DNA of 24,106 nucleotides from a virus (Duplodnaviria; Caudoviricetes): IMG/VR virus record IMGVR_UViG_3300028829_005178, positions 1-24,106 of that record; one strand, 5' to 3'. The translations under genes and the position numbers were made by a program. The notes under the pieces are model-generated. The model was not told where the DNA came from and made no database searches. It was given only the letters and a program-made list of their open reading frames with translations. Below are positions 1 through 7,943 of this stretch, piece after piece; position 1 is the stretch's first letter; the number at the start of each line of letters is the position of its first letter.

Positions 1-31
1 AGAATTACCCATAACAAAGATTTCATTATTA

Positions 32-685
32 ATGTACATAGTAACCTGCGGAGATAGTTTTACAAAAGGTGAAGGACTTGAGAGTACTTCTCAAGCATAT
101 CCTCACTTACTTCAAAAGTTATTAAAATCTGATAAATTAACTAACCTTTCTCAGAGTGGTGCGTCTGAATACCTTATTACAGCACAAATTGAGGAAGCTG
201 TCAAATTAAAACCTGATTTGATTGTAGTCGGTCATACTAGCGAGTATAGATGGCAAGTATGGGATGCAAGAAACGACATAACTCAAGGATTCATAGTCGC
301 AAACCATGTACTTAAAAATGAAAAGTACTACAGAAACTGGATACTCTCTGAGCAAATCTTAGCTAATCGAAGATCAGAAGATAAAAAACACCAAGCTGCC
401 TGGCACGCAGCAGGAATGTTATATTACTCGGATGAAGAGTTAGTAAGAAGGTTATGGAGTGGAGCAGTATCTAAACAAATTTTGCTGTGCCAAAGAGCTA
501 ATATACCTATTATACATCATTGTTGTTTTCCACATCTTCAACCTTACTTATCAGAACTTACAGACGACTATGTAGACTTTCATCTTGATTTTGAAAAACA
601 TAAGGACTTTGCCCCTGATAAATCTCATGCAGGCGCTAGAAGTCATTTAACGCTTGCTAAGAAGATCGTCAATATGGTCTGCTAA
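32..685 (+). CDS. SGNH/GDSL hydrolase-fold protein (esterase or O-acetyltransferase-like)
   Basis: Block I GDSFT at N-terminus, block II NLSQSGAS, C-terminal DxxH (PDKSH). Confidence 0.75.
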   Translation: MYIVTCGDSFTKGEGLESTSQAYPHLLQKLLKSDKLTNLSQSGASEYLITAQIEEAVKLKPDLIVVGHTSEYRWQVWDARNDITQGFIVANHVLKNEKYYRNWILSEQILANRRSEDKKHQAAWHAAGMLYYSDEELVRRLWSGAVSKQILLCQRANIPIIHHCCFPHLQPYLSELTDDYVDFHLDFEKHKDFAPDKSHAGARSHLTLAKKIVNMVC

Positions 686-1369
686 AAGCTTATGTGCGTA
701 CCTGTTAGGGTGTGCGCCGTCAGGGTAAAACATATCTGGATTATCATTCCAAAATTTAATTTTACCTATTGAGTGAGTTAAAAGGGCGTCTACACCCACT
801 TTATCCTCTTCAATAAATTGCTCCAAGTATTTTATATCTCCAAAATACTCTGAATCTTTAAAATCAGGATAAAGAAATTCTGTGATGCTAGGAATTTTAT
901 AAAAACATTCAAAGTTATCTCTGATACGTTCAATACCTCCTACTAAGATTAACTTATCTTTATATTTTTTTAGGTTTCTATAAATATAGTTATTAATAAA
1001 GCTAATCTTGCGAAAGATATGTGGATCTCCATATAGCTCTGGATTTGCATCTTTCTTAAAGTTCACAAAACTTCTCGTAGCACAAGTTTTAACAAAAATG
1101 ATGTAATCAATCTCATCTAAATCATGTCTCATCTTAAGATGGTCTAGGGCAACTATGTCACCCCAACCAGGAAAAGGACAATGTATAATCTTATATTTAT
1201 CTGTATAAGATAAATATCTTGAAAACGAGTGGTCTCTCGCATGAAAGTTTATGTCATCGCCTTTAGATTTATCCCACTCTCCTGCAGACCAAGAATCGCC
1301 AGTTACGTAGATAGTAGTATGAGTTTTGATAGGGGGAGTATAATGCCCTGATGCATCACGAGCAGGCAT
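647..1369 (-). CDS. SGNH/GDSL hydrolase-fold protein
   Basis: GDSWSAG motif and C-terminal PDGAHPNRYAH (DxxHP); 3' end overlaps the convergent SGNH gene by 39 nt. Confidence 0.75.
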   Translation of the reverse strand: MPARDASGHYTPPIKTHTTIYVTGDSWSAGEWDKSKGDDINFHARDHSFSRYLSYTDKYKIIHCPFPGWGDIVALDHLKMRHDLDEIDYIIFVKTCATRSFVNFKKDANPELYGDPHIFRKISFINNYIYRNLKKYKDKLILVGGIERIRDNFECFYKIPSITEFLYPDFKDSEYFGDIKYLEQFIEEDKVGVDALLTHSIGKIKFWNDNPDMFYPDGAHPNRYAHKLLADHIDDLLSKR

Positions 1370-1592
1370 CTACCCACTCTTTAATTTCATCCCATTTTTC
1401 CTCTTCTTCTTCGAGAGAATTTTTGCGAACAATAGTAGCTACTTTAGTGATAGTAGCGACAGGTAAGCCATACTCAGTTTTAATATCCTTTTTTAGCTCT
1501 GCAATAGATTCTCGAATTGATTCCGCTTGAATCATCAAGTCTACGATGCGTGAAATTTCTTTACGTACTTCTTGTTTTAGTGCTGGTTCCAT
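1356..1592 (-). CDS. Small dsDNA-binding protein, T4 DsbA / GapR(DUF2312)-like
   Basis: Long helix, IAELKKDIKTEYGL turn, TKVATIVRK helix and acidic tail, as in DsbA/GapR; ATG at 1592 preceded by GAGGA preferred over TTG 1604. Confidence 0.6.
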   Translation of the reverse strand: MEPALKQEVRKEISRIVDLMIQAESIRESIAELKKDIKTEYGLPVATITKVATIVRKNSLEEEEEKWDEIKEWVDACS

Positions 1593-1593
1593 T

Positions 1594-2226
1594 TTATTCC
1601 TCAAAGTTAAAAAGGTTGAAGTCTGTATAATAGCGATCTGCTATTAAACTTTTTTGACTACGACTGAGAGATATTTCCATGTTAGAAACATTAGCTCTTT
1701 CTAATGTACAACCATGAGCTTTTAACAAATGTGTTAGGCTAAATAAATCTTCGTCAAAGTCATATATTAATTTAGGTATTATAATAAAATTATCAGAACA
1801 TAAGAAGCGATAAATGGGTTGAAAATGGTGATTACAGTCTTCTAAATCACGCTCATCGAGTAAATAATGTAAAAAATAATTTAGATTATGAACTCTAGAT
1901 AAGTTTATATTAGGATCTAATTCTAAACAGCGTTCAGTGTCCCGGAGAGCAAAATGTTTATATAAGGCTAACAACCTGCGATAAGGAGAGCGAACAACTG
2001 AAATATTAAAGTTACCGTTAACTTCTGCATAACTCGGTGTTATGTAAGTCAAGTTTAAGTTGTGATGTATGTAGTAGTAATCAGTAGAAGACTCATCAAA
2101 TATTTTTTGCTTTGCAAGTGCAGCTTTTACAGCCGTACAACCACATTTAGGAACTGCCCAATAGTTTAATTTGTAGTCTGTAAACTCAGTTATGTTAAAG
2201 AATTTACTTTTATCATACTTTTTCAT
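1594..2226 (-). CDS. Sulfotransferase (Sulfotransfer_2 / carbohydrate sulfotransferase-like)
   Basis: 5'-PSB-like VPKCGCT, 3'-PB-like VRSPYRRLLALY, conserved NHHFQP. Confidence 0.75.
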   Translation of the reverse strand: MKKYDKSKFFNITEFTDYKLNYWAVPKCGCTAVKAALAKQKIFDESSTDYYYIHHNLNLTYITPSYAEVNGNFNISVVRSPYRRLLALYKHFALRDTERCLELDPNINLSRVHNLNYFLHYLLDERDLEDCNHHFQPIYRFLCSDNFIIIPKLIYDFDEDLFSLTHLLKAHGCTLERANVSNMEISLSRSQKSLIADRYYTDFNLFNFEE

Positions 2227-3487
2227 CCAAAAACTCCCTCAAGTCTAGCACTCTATTTTCAAAGTTTTTTTGATTATGTAAAAATATAGGCTCACAGTCA
2301 TTTAATAACGACTTCATTTCAGAACTACTTGATTCAATTACTTTTTTAGCCTCAATAAAAGCTCTCATAAAACGTTCATAGTCACTAGAAGTTTGATCGT
2401 AAGTTTCATTAATCATTGGATGAAATGACTGATAACCCAGTTGATTGAACCATTTAAGTGTGTCTTTTTGTCCAATAACAACAAAGGGCTTTTTACAAGC
2501 TATATTTCGCCATATTTTTTCAGTTATTAAAGGCCAATCTATAACATTATCCGAAAAATATGCTTCTATAACTAAGTTAAAATCTATCGCATCCATTGCT
2601 TTAGAAATAATTAAAAAATCATCTGTAGTATGATGTTTACCAGAAGTAAGCGGTTCAATATTTAAATCTTTTAGTCGTGAATCATTACAATCATCTTGTA
2701 GAGCTTCATATGTCTCAGGAAGAAACTCTCCTTGAAAGTCAACACTTACTAAACCTTTTTTTAATAAATCATTTTGCTCCAATAAAGTATTAATGAGTAC
2801 AGCGCCAATATGTTTATCTGTACGCTTATTAAGTAATAAAAATCTTTTTCTAGGGTAATCAAAGTGATATTCTTCAATTTCTGGAATATTAGGACTTTCA
2901 TAATCTAGAGGAATATTGAATCTCAAATGTTTATCCTTACCTTTATTCTCTAAAATAAAAGTATTATGAGGGTCATACATATGCCTAGCACAGAAATGAA
3001 GTTCTAAAAAACTAGGAAAACAATGAATTCGATTATGATCTACAAATCGTTGATCACTAATATTCAGATGTAATCTATCGTTAGGAACTTGAGTGCAATC
3101 ATCTAAAGATGCTATAAGCTGTTCAATATCATAACGATTAGGAGGCTCCATAGAGGCATCAATTATTACCCGTCCTTTTCCCCGCTTTAAAGAATTAACT
3201 ACACGCTCATCTATATACGACCAAAAACCAAAGTCTTCATGAGGGTTATTGATAAGAGTTCTGATTTGAAGGTAAGGTTCTTGCATTAACACAGGATATA
3301 TAAATGAATCAACTGTATCAATTTCATCAGGTGAGATTATACGAATGTCAGGGAGAAAAAACTGAAACATCCACGGAATTTGTCTTTTATATTTATGACA
3401 ATAGTGAATATCAGTTTCAAGATACCCAGTAAGATTAGGAAACCAGATATTAGGTTTCCATTCATGTTCATATACAAGATTTATCAT
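2213..3487 (-). CDS. Hypothetical phage protein, possible GT-B-fold glycosyltransferase
   Basis: 424-aa ORF; C-terminal FNLVIE...ITEKIW...KPFVVIG...LGY.SF...E.YD block resembles the GT10 E..x.TEK nucleotide-sugar-binding motif. Confidence 0.45.
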   Translation of the reverse strand: MINLVYEHEWKPNIWFPNLTGYLETDIHYCHKYKRQIPWMFQFFLPDIRIISPDEIDTVDSFIYPVLMQEPYLQIRTLINNPHEDFGFWSYIDERVVNSLKRGKGRVIIDASMEPPNRYDIEQLIASLDDCTQVPNDRLHLNISDQRFVDHNRIHCFPSFLELHFCARHMYDPHNTFILENKGKDKHLRFNIPLDYESPNIPEIEEYHFDYPRKRFLLLNKRTDKHIGAVLINTLLEQNDLLKKGLVSVDFQGEFLPETYEALQDDCNDSRLKDLNIEPLTSGKHHTTDDFLIISKAMDAIDFNLVIEAYFSDNVIDWPLITEKIWRNIACKKPFVVIGQKDTLKWFNQLGYQSFHPMINETYDQTSSDYERFMRAFIEAKKVIESSSSEMKSLLNDCEPIFLHNQKNFENRVLDLREFLDEKV

Positions 3488-3837
3488 TATACGATTTTAA
3501 AAGTTTCTCTTACCTTTTCGGGTCGTTTACGGATGAGCTTTCGTTGTTGAAGACTGCTCATAACTTCTGAAAATAGTTCTAAACTTTGATCGCCAGAAGG
3601 TACATACTGATTAGTAGAAGCACTTTTAATAATTAATTTTTGATGAAGAATGTTAAGAGCAGTAACTAAATTAGCCGATCCAATGACACGAGAACCTGTA
3701 AAGTCTCCTTCGGTGCGAGATCTTACAAGTTCCCAAGTATCGTTTTCCCAGATTTCTCCAGAATCATCATCAAACACTTCAATAGGCATTCCTTGGATAA
3801 TTTTCCAGACTAATCCTGAAGCTTCAGATAGCTGCAT
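3487..3837 (-). CDS. Hypothetical protein
   Basis: 116-aa ORF, AGGGAG SD 7 nt upstream, TAATG coupling to the next gene. Confidence 0.7.
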   Translation of the reverse strand: MQLSEASGLVWKIIQGMPIEVFDDDSGEIWENDTWELVRSRTEGDFTGSRVIGSANLVTALNILHQKLIIKSASTNQYVPSGDQSLELFSEVMSSLQQRKLIRKRPEKVRETFKIV

Positions 3838-3843
3838 GGGCTA

Positions 3844-3883
3844 GCTCCCTACGGTCGCAGATTTGAGGCACACGCTTTGCGTG
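3844..3883 (-). other. Two short intergenic hairpins: GC-GA-CC-GTA-GG-GA-GC (3844-3858) and CACGC-AAA-GCGTG (3871-3883)
   Basis: Inverted repeats read directly; GC-rich relative to the window; the first overlaps the SD of the 3837 gene. Confidence 0.5.
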
Positions 3884-3886
3884 GAC

Positions 3887-4258
3887 TTATGAGGCGACCC
3901 AATCATCACGATGTGGGTGTTGATAGAACCAAGCTAGTGCAACTCCTACATCACGGCAGACGCTCTGCGAGCGTAGTGCTAAAACAAACTCACGTTTGAA
4001 ATTGAGCCAAGGATTGCGACAGCTTTTAATCGGCTGGAGTTGAGCTAAATCACGCTGGTTCCAATGCTGACAACGCTGTGCATAAGCTGCCTCAACATTA
4101 AGTGAACGTGTTGACTCATCGAGTCTTTTCTCTAATAGTGTGAACAGCTCTTGAAAAGCTTCGCTTTTCTCGCTATCACTCAACTGTGAGATGCTAATGC
4201 GACGTGCGTTTCTAACTAAATCACGATATGCGTTCTTCGACACAAGCTTAAAATACAT
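3887..4258 (-). CDS. Hypothetical protein
   Basis: 123-aa ORF, AAAGGT SD-like element and promoter candidate upstream. Confidence 0.7.
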   Translation of the reverse strand: MYFKLVSKNAYRDLVRNARRISISQLSDSEKSEAFQELFTLLEKRLDESTRSLNVEAAYAQRCQHWNQRDLAQLQPIKSCRNPWLNFKREFVLALRSQSVCRDVGVALAWFYQHPHRDDWVAS

Positions 4259-4272
4259 TTTTTATACCTTTA

Positions 4273-4301
4273 TTAATAGCATGGTTTATGGGTAAGTGCA
4301 A
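4273..4301 (-). promoter_or_regulatory. Candidate sigma70 promoter TTGCAC-17-TATTAA (TGn extended -10)
   Basis: -35 at 4301-4296, -10 at 4278-4273, 17-nt spacer, intergenic. Confidence 0.4.
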
Positions 4302-4321
4302 TTCAAAAAATATTATAATAA

Positions 4322-4636
4322 CTACTCATCATAAAGCGGTTCTAACATCTTAGGCGGTAGCGAAAATTTTCCTTTGCTCCAGAACTCTTTCTGAGAATAA
4401 TAGTAGTTTGAAGTAATTGACCGCCAGTAAGCATTAATACGATGCACTGCACGATTATATTGATCATGAAAAGGAGCTGAATAGATGTCTAATCGATTAT
4501 GAGCTTGTTCCATCCATTCATGAGCTAACCAAGGATTCCAACGAGCTACATTTTCTGCTTCATGAATTGTACGTCTTACTGACCAGTCTGAATAGCCTAC
4601 ATTAGTTCCAAAGGGTACGGGTTTAGCGCGTGCCAT
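4322..4636 (-). CDS. Hypothetical protein (Trp/Tyr-rich)
   Basis: 104-aa ORF, co-oriented with and overlapping the upstream ORF. Confidence 0.65.
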   Translation of the reverse strand: MARAKPVPFGTNVGYSDWSVRRTIHEAENVARWNPWLAHEWMEQAHNRLDIYSAPFHDQYNRAVHRINAYWRSITSNYYYSQKEFWSKGKFSLPPKMLEPLYDE

Positions 4637-4814
4637 ATTTAACAGTCTCCGTTACGTTATTTAAATGGTTATAATGATCAACAATGTCTACAACAAATCG
4701 AGCTGCAAAGAACTCGCCATGAGTATAAAATAGATCTGTATACTCTTGCATAATGTCGGGGGCATGTTGATTGAGAAATGATTTAGCTTCTGAGAGGGTT
4801 GGTCTTTTGTGCAT
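4623..4814 (-). CDS. Hypothetical protein
   Basis: 63-aa ORF with AAGGGA SD, first gene after the leftward promoter. Confidence 0.65.
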   Translation of the reverse strand: MHKRPTLSEAKSFLNQHAPDIMQEYTDLFYTHGEFFAARFVVDIVDHYNHLNNVTETVKYGTR

Positions 4815-4841
4815 AGTAGTCCCTTTTTATTGTTATAATGT

Positions 4842-4870
4842 ATTTTATATAAAATTTTGCCAAATAGCAA
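4842..4870 (-). promoter_or_regulatory. Leftward sigma70-like promoter TTGCTA-17-TAAAAT
   Basis: -35 at 4870-4865, -10 at 4847-4842, in the divergent intergenic region. Confidence 0.55.
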
Positions 4871-4900
4871 GGCAAAGATTAGGTTAAAATGTGAAAGTTG

Positions 4901-4929
4901 TTGACTTGTCATATAATTATTGATACAGT
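4901..4929 (+). promoter_or_regulatory. Rightward sigma70-like promoter TTGACT-17-TACAGT with TGn extension; predicted +1 at about the ATG 4936
   Basis: -35 4901-4906, TG 4921-4922, -10 4924-4929; no SD before ATG 4936. Confidence 0.6.
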
Positions 4930-4935
4930 ATTGCT

Positions 4936-5124
4936 ATGTATGTAAATGAAAAAACACTTAAGATGGAAATGAGAGAAATGCAATCTACTATAAACGAGGT
5001 TGCTAACGATCTTGGAGGAGATATTCGCTATCTTCACCAAGAAATTACTGACCTTCGCAATGAACTAACTATGCTAAGGTCTGATGTAGATGAACTAAAG
5101 GAAAAATTAGATGCCAACATATAA
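4936..5124 (+). CDS. Small coiled-coil protein
   Basis: Heptad pattern LHQEITDLRNELTMLRSDVDELKEKL. Confidence 0.7.
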   Translation: MYVNEKTLKMEMREMQSTINEVANDLGGDIRYLHQEITDLRNELTMLRSDVDELKEKLDANI

Positions 5125-5395
5125 AATAGTGTTATTTGCGGATGAATCTCAACCAACACAAGTACAATACATGAAAAATCAGAGAAAAGCAATAGAAGAA
5201 GCAATTCCTGACCTTGTAGTTGAGGAAGCTAATCAAAATGATCCTAGACTTAAGAGACACTCTAAGCAGTCCCGTGCAAACCGTCTACCCGCTATGCTAG
5301 TACTAAAAGATGATTTTAAAGTGCAGATAAGAAATTTCAAACTAGATAATTCGCAAGTTATCACTTGGATCAAAGGAATTATGGGAATCTCCTAA
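5111..5395 (+). CDS. Hypothetical protein, possible cysteine-less thioredoxin-like fold
   Basis: beta-alpha-beta pattern and LPAMLVLKDD resembling the thioredoxin cis-Pro segment; no Cys. Confidence 0.45.
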   Translation: MPTYKIVLFADESQPTQVQYMKNQRKAIEEAIPDLVVEEANQNDPRLKRHSKQSRANRLPAMLVLKDDFKVQIRNFKLDNSQVITWIKGIMGIS

Positions 5396-6487
5396 ATGCC
5401 CAAGGCTGTTGCCTTCATACCTCACAAACGAAGAATAGAACGTCATCGAATAGATTATCTTCGTGCTATTTCAGATAATATGGAAGATCCTTATCAAACT
5501 GAAGATGGTAGAGAAATGCGAGGAGTACAACTCGCACTAGCTAATAAATGTACTGAACTGAGCGGTGTTACTCACTGGCAATTTACAGACTGCTGTACAG
5601 ATGCTCTCCAAATTTCAATTGCCGCTCTCACAAAACCTAATGACACAGTGATCGTCCCGTCTTATGGTTGGCGAGCATTTGCTAATGCAGTTGTATTTAT
5701 GAATCGGCGTATACGTTTCTGTGATATAGATGCAACAGGCAATATAGATTTAAATCAACTTGAAACCTTAATTAAAACAACGCAAGCTGCGGCAGTGGTC
5801 ATAGTTCATAATTTTGGTACAGTTGCACGAGTTGACCAAATAGTAGATATCTGCGAAACCTACGGAACTCATATTATTGAAGATGCAGCTCCTGCATTTT
5901 ATATGGGAGAGCCGTACTCATACGTCCCTGGTTCTATGAGTTCTACTGCATGTTTTTCTTTTGACTTTACAAAGTATCCAGGAACGCTCGGTTCTGGAGG
6001 TGCTATTTGTACTAACTCAGATGAAATTGCTGAACGAATCTATGAAATTTCAGCTCATGGCAGAGGGCGTGATAAGGCAATACATTGTGCAGGTACAAAA
6101 TCATATATGGACATGACATCGTGTGCTGTACTCTTAAAAGAAATTGAATTGTTTGAGCAAAACCAGTATAGAGAGCGTCGAAGACAGATTGCTACTTGGT
6201 ATAAAGACAATCTTCCCTATGGAAATATACCTGGAGAAAATTATGTTTGGGAGAGATATACAATGAGTGTACCTTCCTTTGAAGTTGAAGAGGTGATTCA
6301 AAAACTTAATTCTGTAAAGTGTCTTGCTCGAACATTTTTCAAAGAACCTCTTCATTTGCTACCGTGGCTTAACCCTGAAAAGGATGATTGTCCAAAAACT
6401 GTAGATTTCTGTGCTTCTACTGTTCATCTACCTTCTCATCACTATTTAACTGATGAGGAACTTGAAAGAATAAAGTCTGCGCTATGA
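5396..6487 (+). CDS. DegT/DnrJ/EryC1/StrS PLP-dependent sugar aminotransferase
   Basis: TDAL, IIEDAA, FSFDFTK (PLP Lys), GSGGAI, C-terminal LPSH motifs. Confidence 0.9.
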   Translation: MPKAVAFIPHKRRIERHRIDYLRAISDNMEDPYQTEDGREMRGVQLALANKCTELSGVTHWQFTDCCTDALQISIAALTKPNDTVIVPSYGWRAFANAVVFMNRRIRFCDIDATGNIDLNQLETLIKTTQAAAVVIVHNFGTVARVDQIVDICETYGTHIIEDAAPAFYMGEPYSYVPGSMSSTACFSFDFTKYPGTLGSGGAICTNSDEIAERIYEISAHGRGRDKAIHCAGTKSYMDMTSCAVLLKEIELFEQNQYRERRRQIATWYKDNLPYGNIPGENYVWERYTMSVPSFEVEEVIQKLNSVKCLARTFFKEPLHLLPWLNPEKDDCPKTVDFCASTVHLPSHHYLTDEELERIKSAL

Positions 6488-7419
6488 AGATACTAATAAC
6501 AGGCGGAATGGGTTTTATTGGGGCACACTTAGTAGCAGAATTAGGACAAACTCATGACATAGATATTTTAGACGGTTTTGATGAAAACTACGTAGGCTAC
6601 AAATATATACACAGAGGGACAAAAGGTTTACAAGAAACTAATGAGATTGAAAAACGTCATAGAAAACTAAATCTAAAGTATAGAATTGATTTAGTAAAAG
6701 GTAAATTCAATCAATACTATAGAAAATGGAGTTTTGAAGATATTCCAAGAGCAAATTATGATTTAGTACTTAACTTTGGGGCTTTATCAGAAGCTATCTT
6801 ATCTCAACATTTTCCAAAATTTACTTCAGATTCTATAGTGCAAGGATTAAATCTAATTAAATTGTACCTTCCTAAGACACCTGTCTTACATATAAGTAGT
6901 AGCATGGTTTACGGCACTTGGGAAGGAGTAATTGACGAGCAGTACTCTTTAGGAGCTGTAGACCATTACGGGGACAGTAAAATAAAGGCAGAAACTATCT
7001 GCGGAGAGAATGACGTAATTTTGCGACCTATACATGTTTATGGTATGGGAGATGGTAAATTCTCAATCTGGATGAACATAGAAAGACAGATTGCAGCTGC
7101 AAAACCTGTTATGGTCGAGAGAGCTGGTTGTATTTACATAGACGATTTCGTTTTAGCAATCAAAAATATTTTAGACAGATGGCGTCCTGGCATTTATAAT
7201 ATTTCATACACATTTACGAGAAACGCTGAAGCACTCACTAATATATATCCAGAGCCCTTTGACGTTCAGTATAAATCAGGACCAACCGGTAAACCAAGAG
7301 GGCTGCTAGATAATAGCAAACTAATAAATACATTTGATGTAAACTTAAAGTTTACAAATTATGACGACACTGTGAGAGACTACTATAGAAAATATGAAAA
7401 TTTTTGTGAGAAACAATGA
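6484..7419 (+). CDS. NAD-dependent epimerase/dehydratase (extended SDR)
   Basis: TGGMGFIG, SSSMVYG, YGDSK (YxxxK), LRPIHVYG. Confidence 0.85.
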   Translation: MKILITGGMGFIGAHLVAELGQTHDIDILDGFDENYVGYKYIHRGTKGLQETNEIEKRHRKLNLKYRIDLVKGKFNQYYRKWSFEDIPRANYDLVLNFGALSEAILSQHFPKFTSDSIVQGLNLIKLYLPKTPVLHISSSMVYGTWEGVIDEQYSLGAVDHYGDSKIKAETICGENDVILRPIHVYGMGDGKFSIWMNIERQIAAAKPVMVERAGCIYIDDFVLAIKNILDRWRPGIYNISYTFTRNAEALTNIYPEPFDVQYKSGPTGKPRGLLDNSKLINTFDVNLKFTNYDDTVRDYYRKYENFCEKQ

Positions 7420-7711
7420 TATTGGAAAAGCGCTTCGCATTTTAAAGAAAAAACTGCACAATGAAGGTGTTATGAAAGAAGTGCGTGACAGGCGACATTT
7501 CGTTTCAAGAGGTGAAAAATCTCGGTTAGCTGCTAAAGCAGGGGCTAAACGTTGGCAGAAGAAGAGACAAGATTTAGAAAAACAGTTCATTCGCGAAGAG
7601 CGGAATATGCTAAGAAATAGTAGGAAAAACAAACGTAATGTTCAAAGACCTAACAAAGGTTCAAATCAACAGCGAACGAAACGTTACTCTGGCAATCAGA
7701 ATAAACGATAA
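7394..7711 (+). CDS. rpsU: 30S ribosomal protein bS21 with basic C-terminal extension
   Basis: VRNNDIGKALRILKKKLHNEGVMKEVRDRRHF..GEK matches the bS21 pattern; ~40 extra K/R/N/Q-rich residues. Confidence 0.88.
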   Translation: MKIFVRNNDIGKALRILKKKLHNEGVMKEVRDRRHFVSRGEKSRLAAKAGAKRWQKKRQDLEKQFIREERNMLRNSRKNKRNVQRPNKGSNQQRTKRYSGNQNKR

Positions 7712-7943
7712 TCATGTTCATAATTTAGTTTTTACTATTCAAACTTTTACCCATATAATGAGAAAAGATATAAATAGTTGGTATGGCCCCATACATTCAA
7801 GAAATTGGTATCTACAAAAGTTTTCAGATCGTGTTAAACTATTCTCAGAATCTTATGAATATATTTATAGATTTACACTAGAAGAGTGGAATACAGTAGT
7901 ACACCAATATGTAGCAGCTTTAAAATTACACTATGATAAGTAA
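7638..7943 (+). CDS. Hypothetical protein
   Basis: 101-aa ORF filling the gap to FkbM; 74-nt overlap with the bS21 tail; start uncertain. Confidence 0.6.
   Translation: MFKDLTKVQINSERNVTLAIRINDNHVHNLVFTIQTFTHIMRKDINSWYGPIHSRNWYLQKFSDRVKLFSESYEYIYRFTLEEWNTVVHQYVAALKLHYDK

Noticed and set aside
979-986. T4 late-promoter-like TATAAATA (also near 20864)
   Set aside because: Both lie inside coding sequence, not upstream of starts
2445-3844. Plus-strand ORFs 2445-2633 and 3650-3844
   Set aside because: Short antisense shadows of better-supported genes
5-4295. TTACCCATAA upstream of both ORF 32 (+) and ORF 4258 (-)
   Set aside because: Only two 10-bp copies, at different distances from the starts; plausible by chance in AT-rich DNA
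4688-4912. 74-aa minus-strand ORF
   Set aside because: Runs through the divergent promoter region and overlaps ORF 4623-4814, which has an SD
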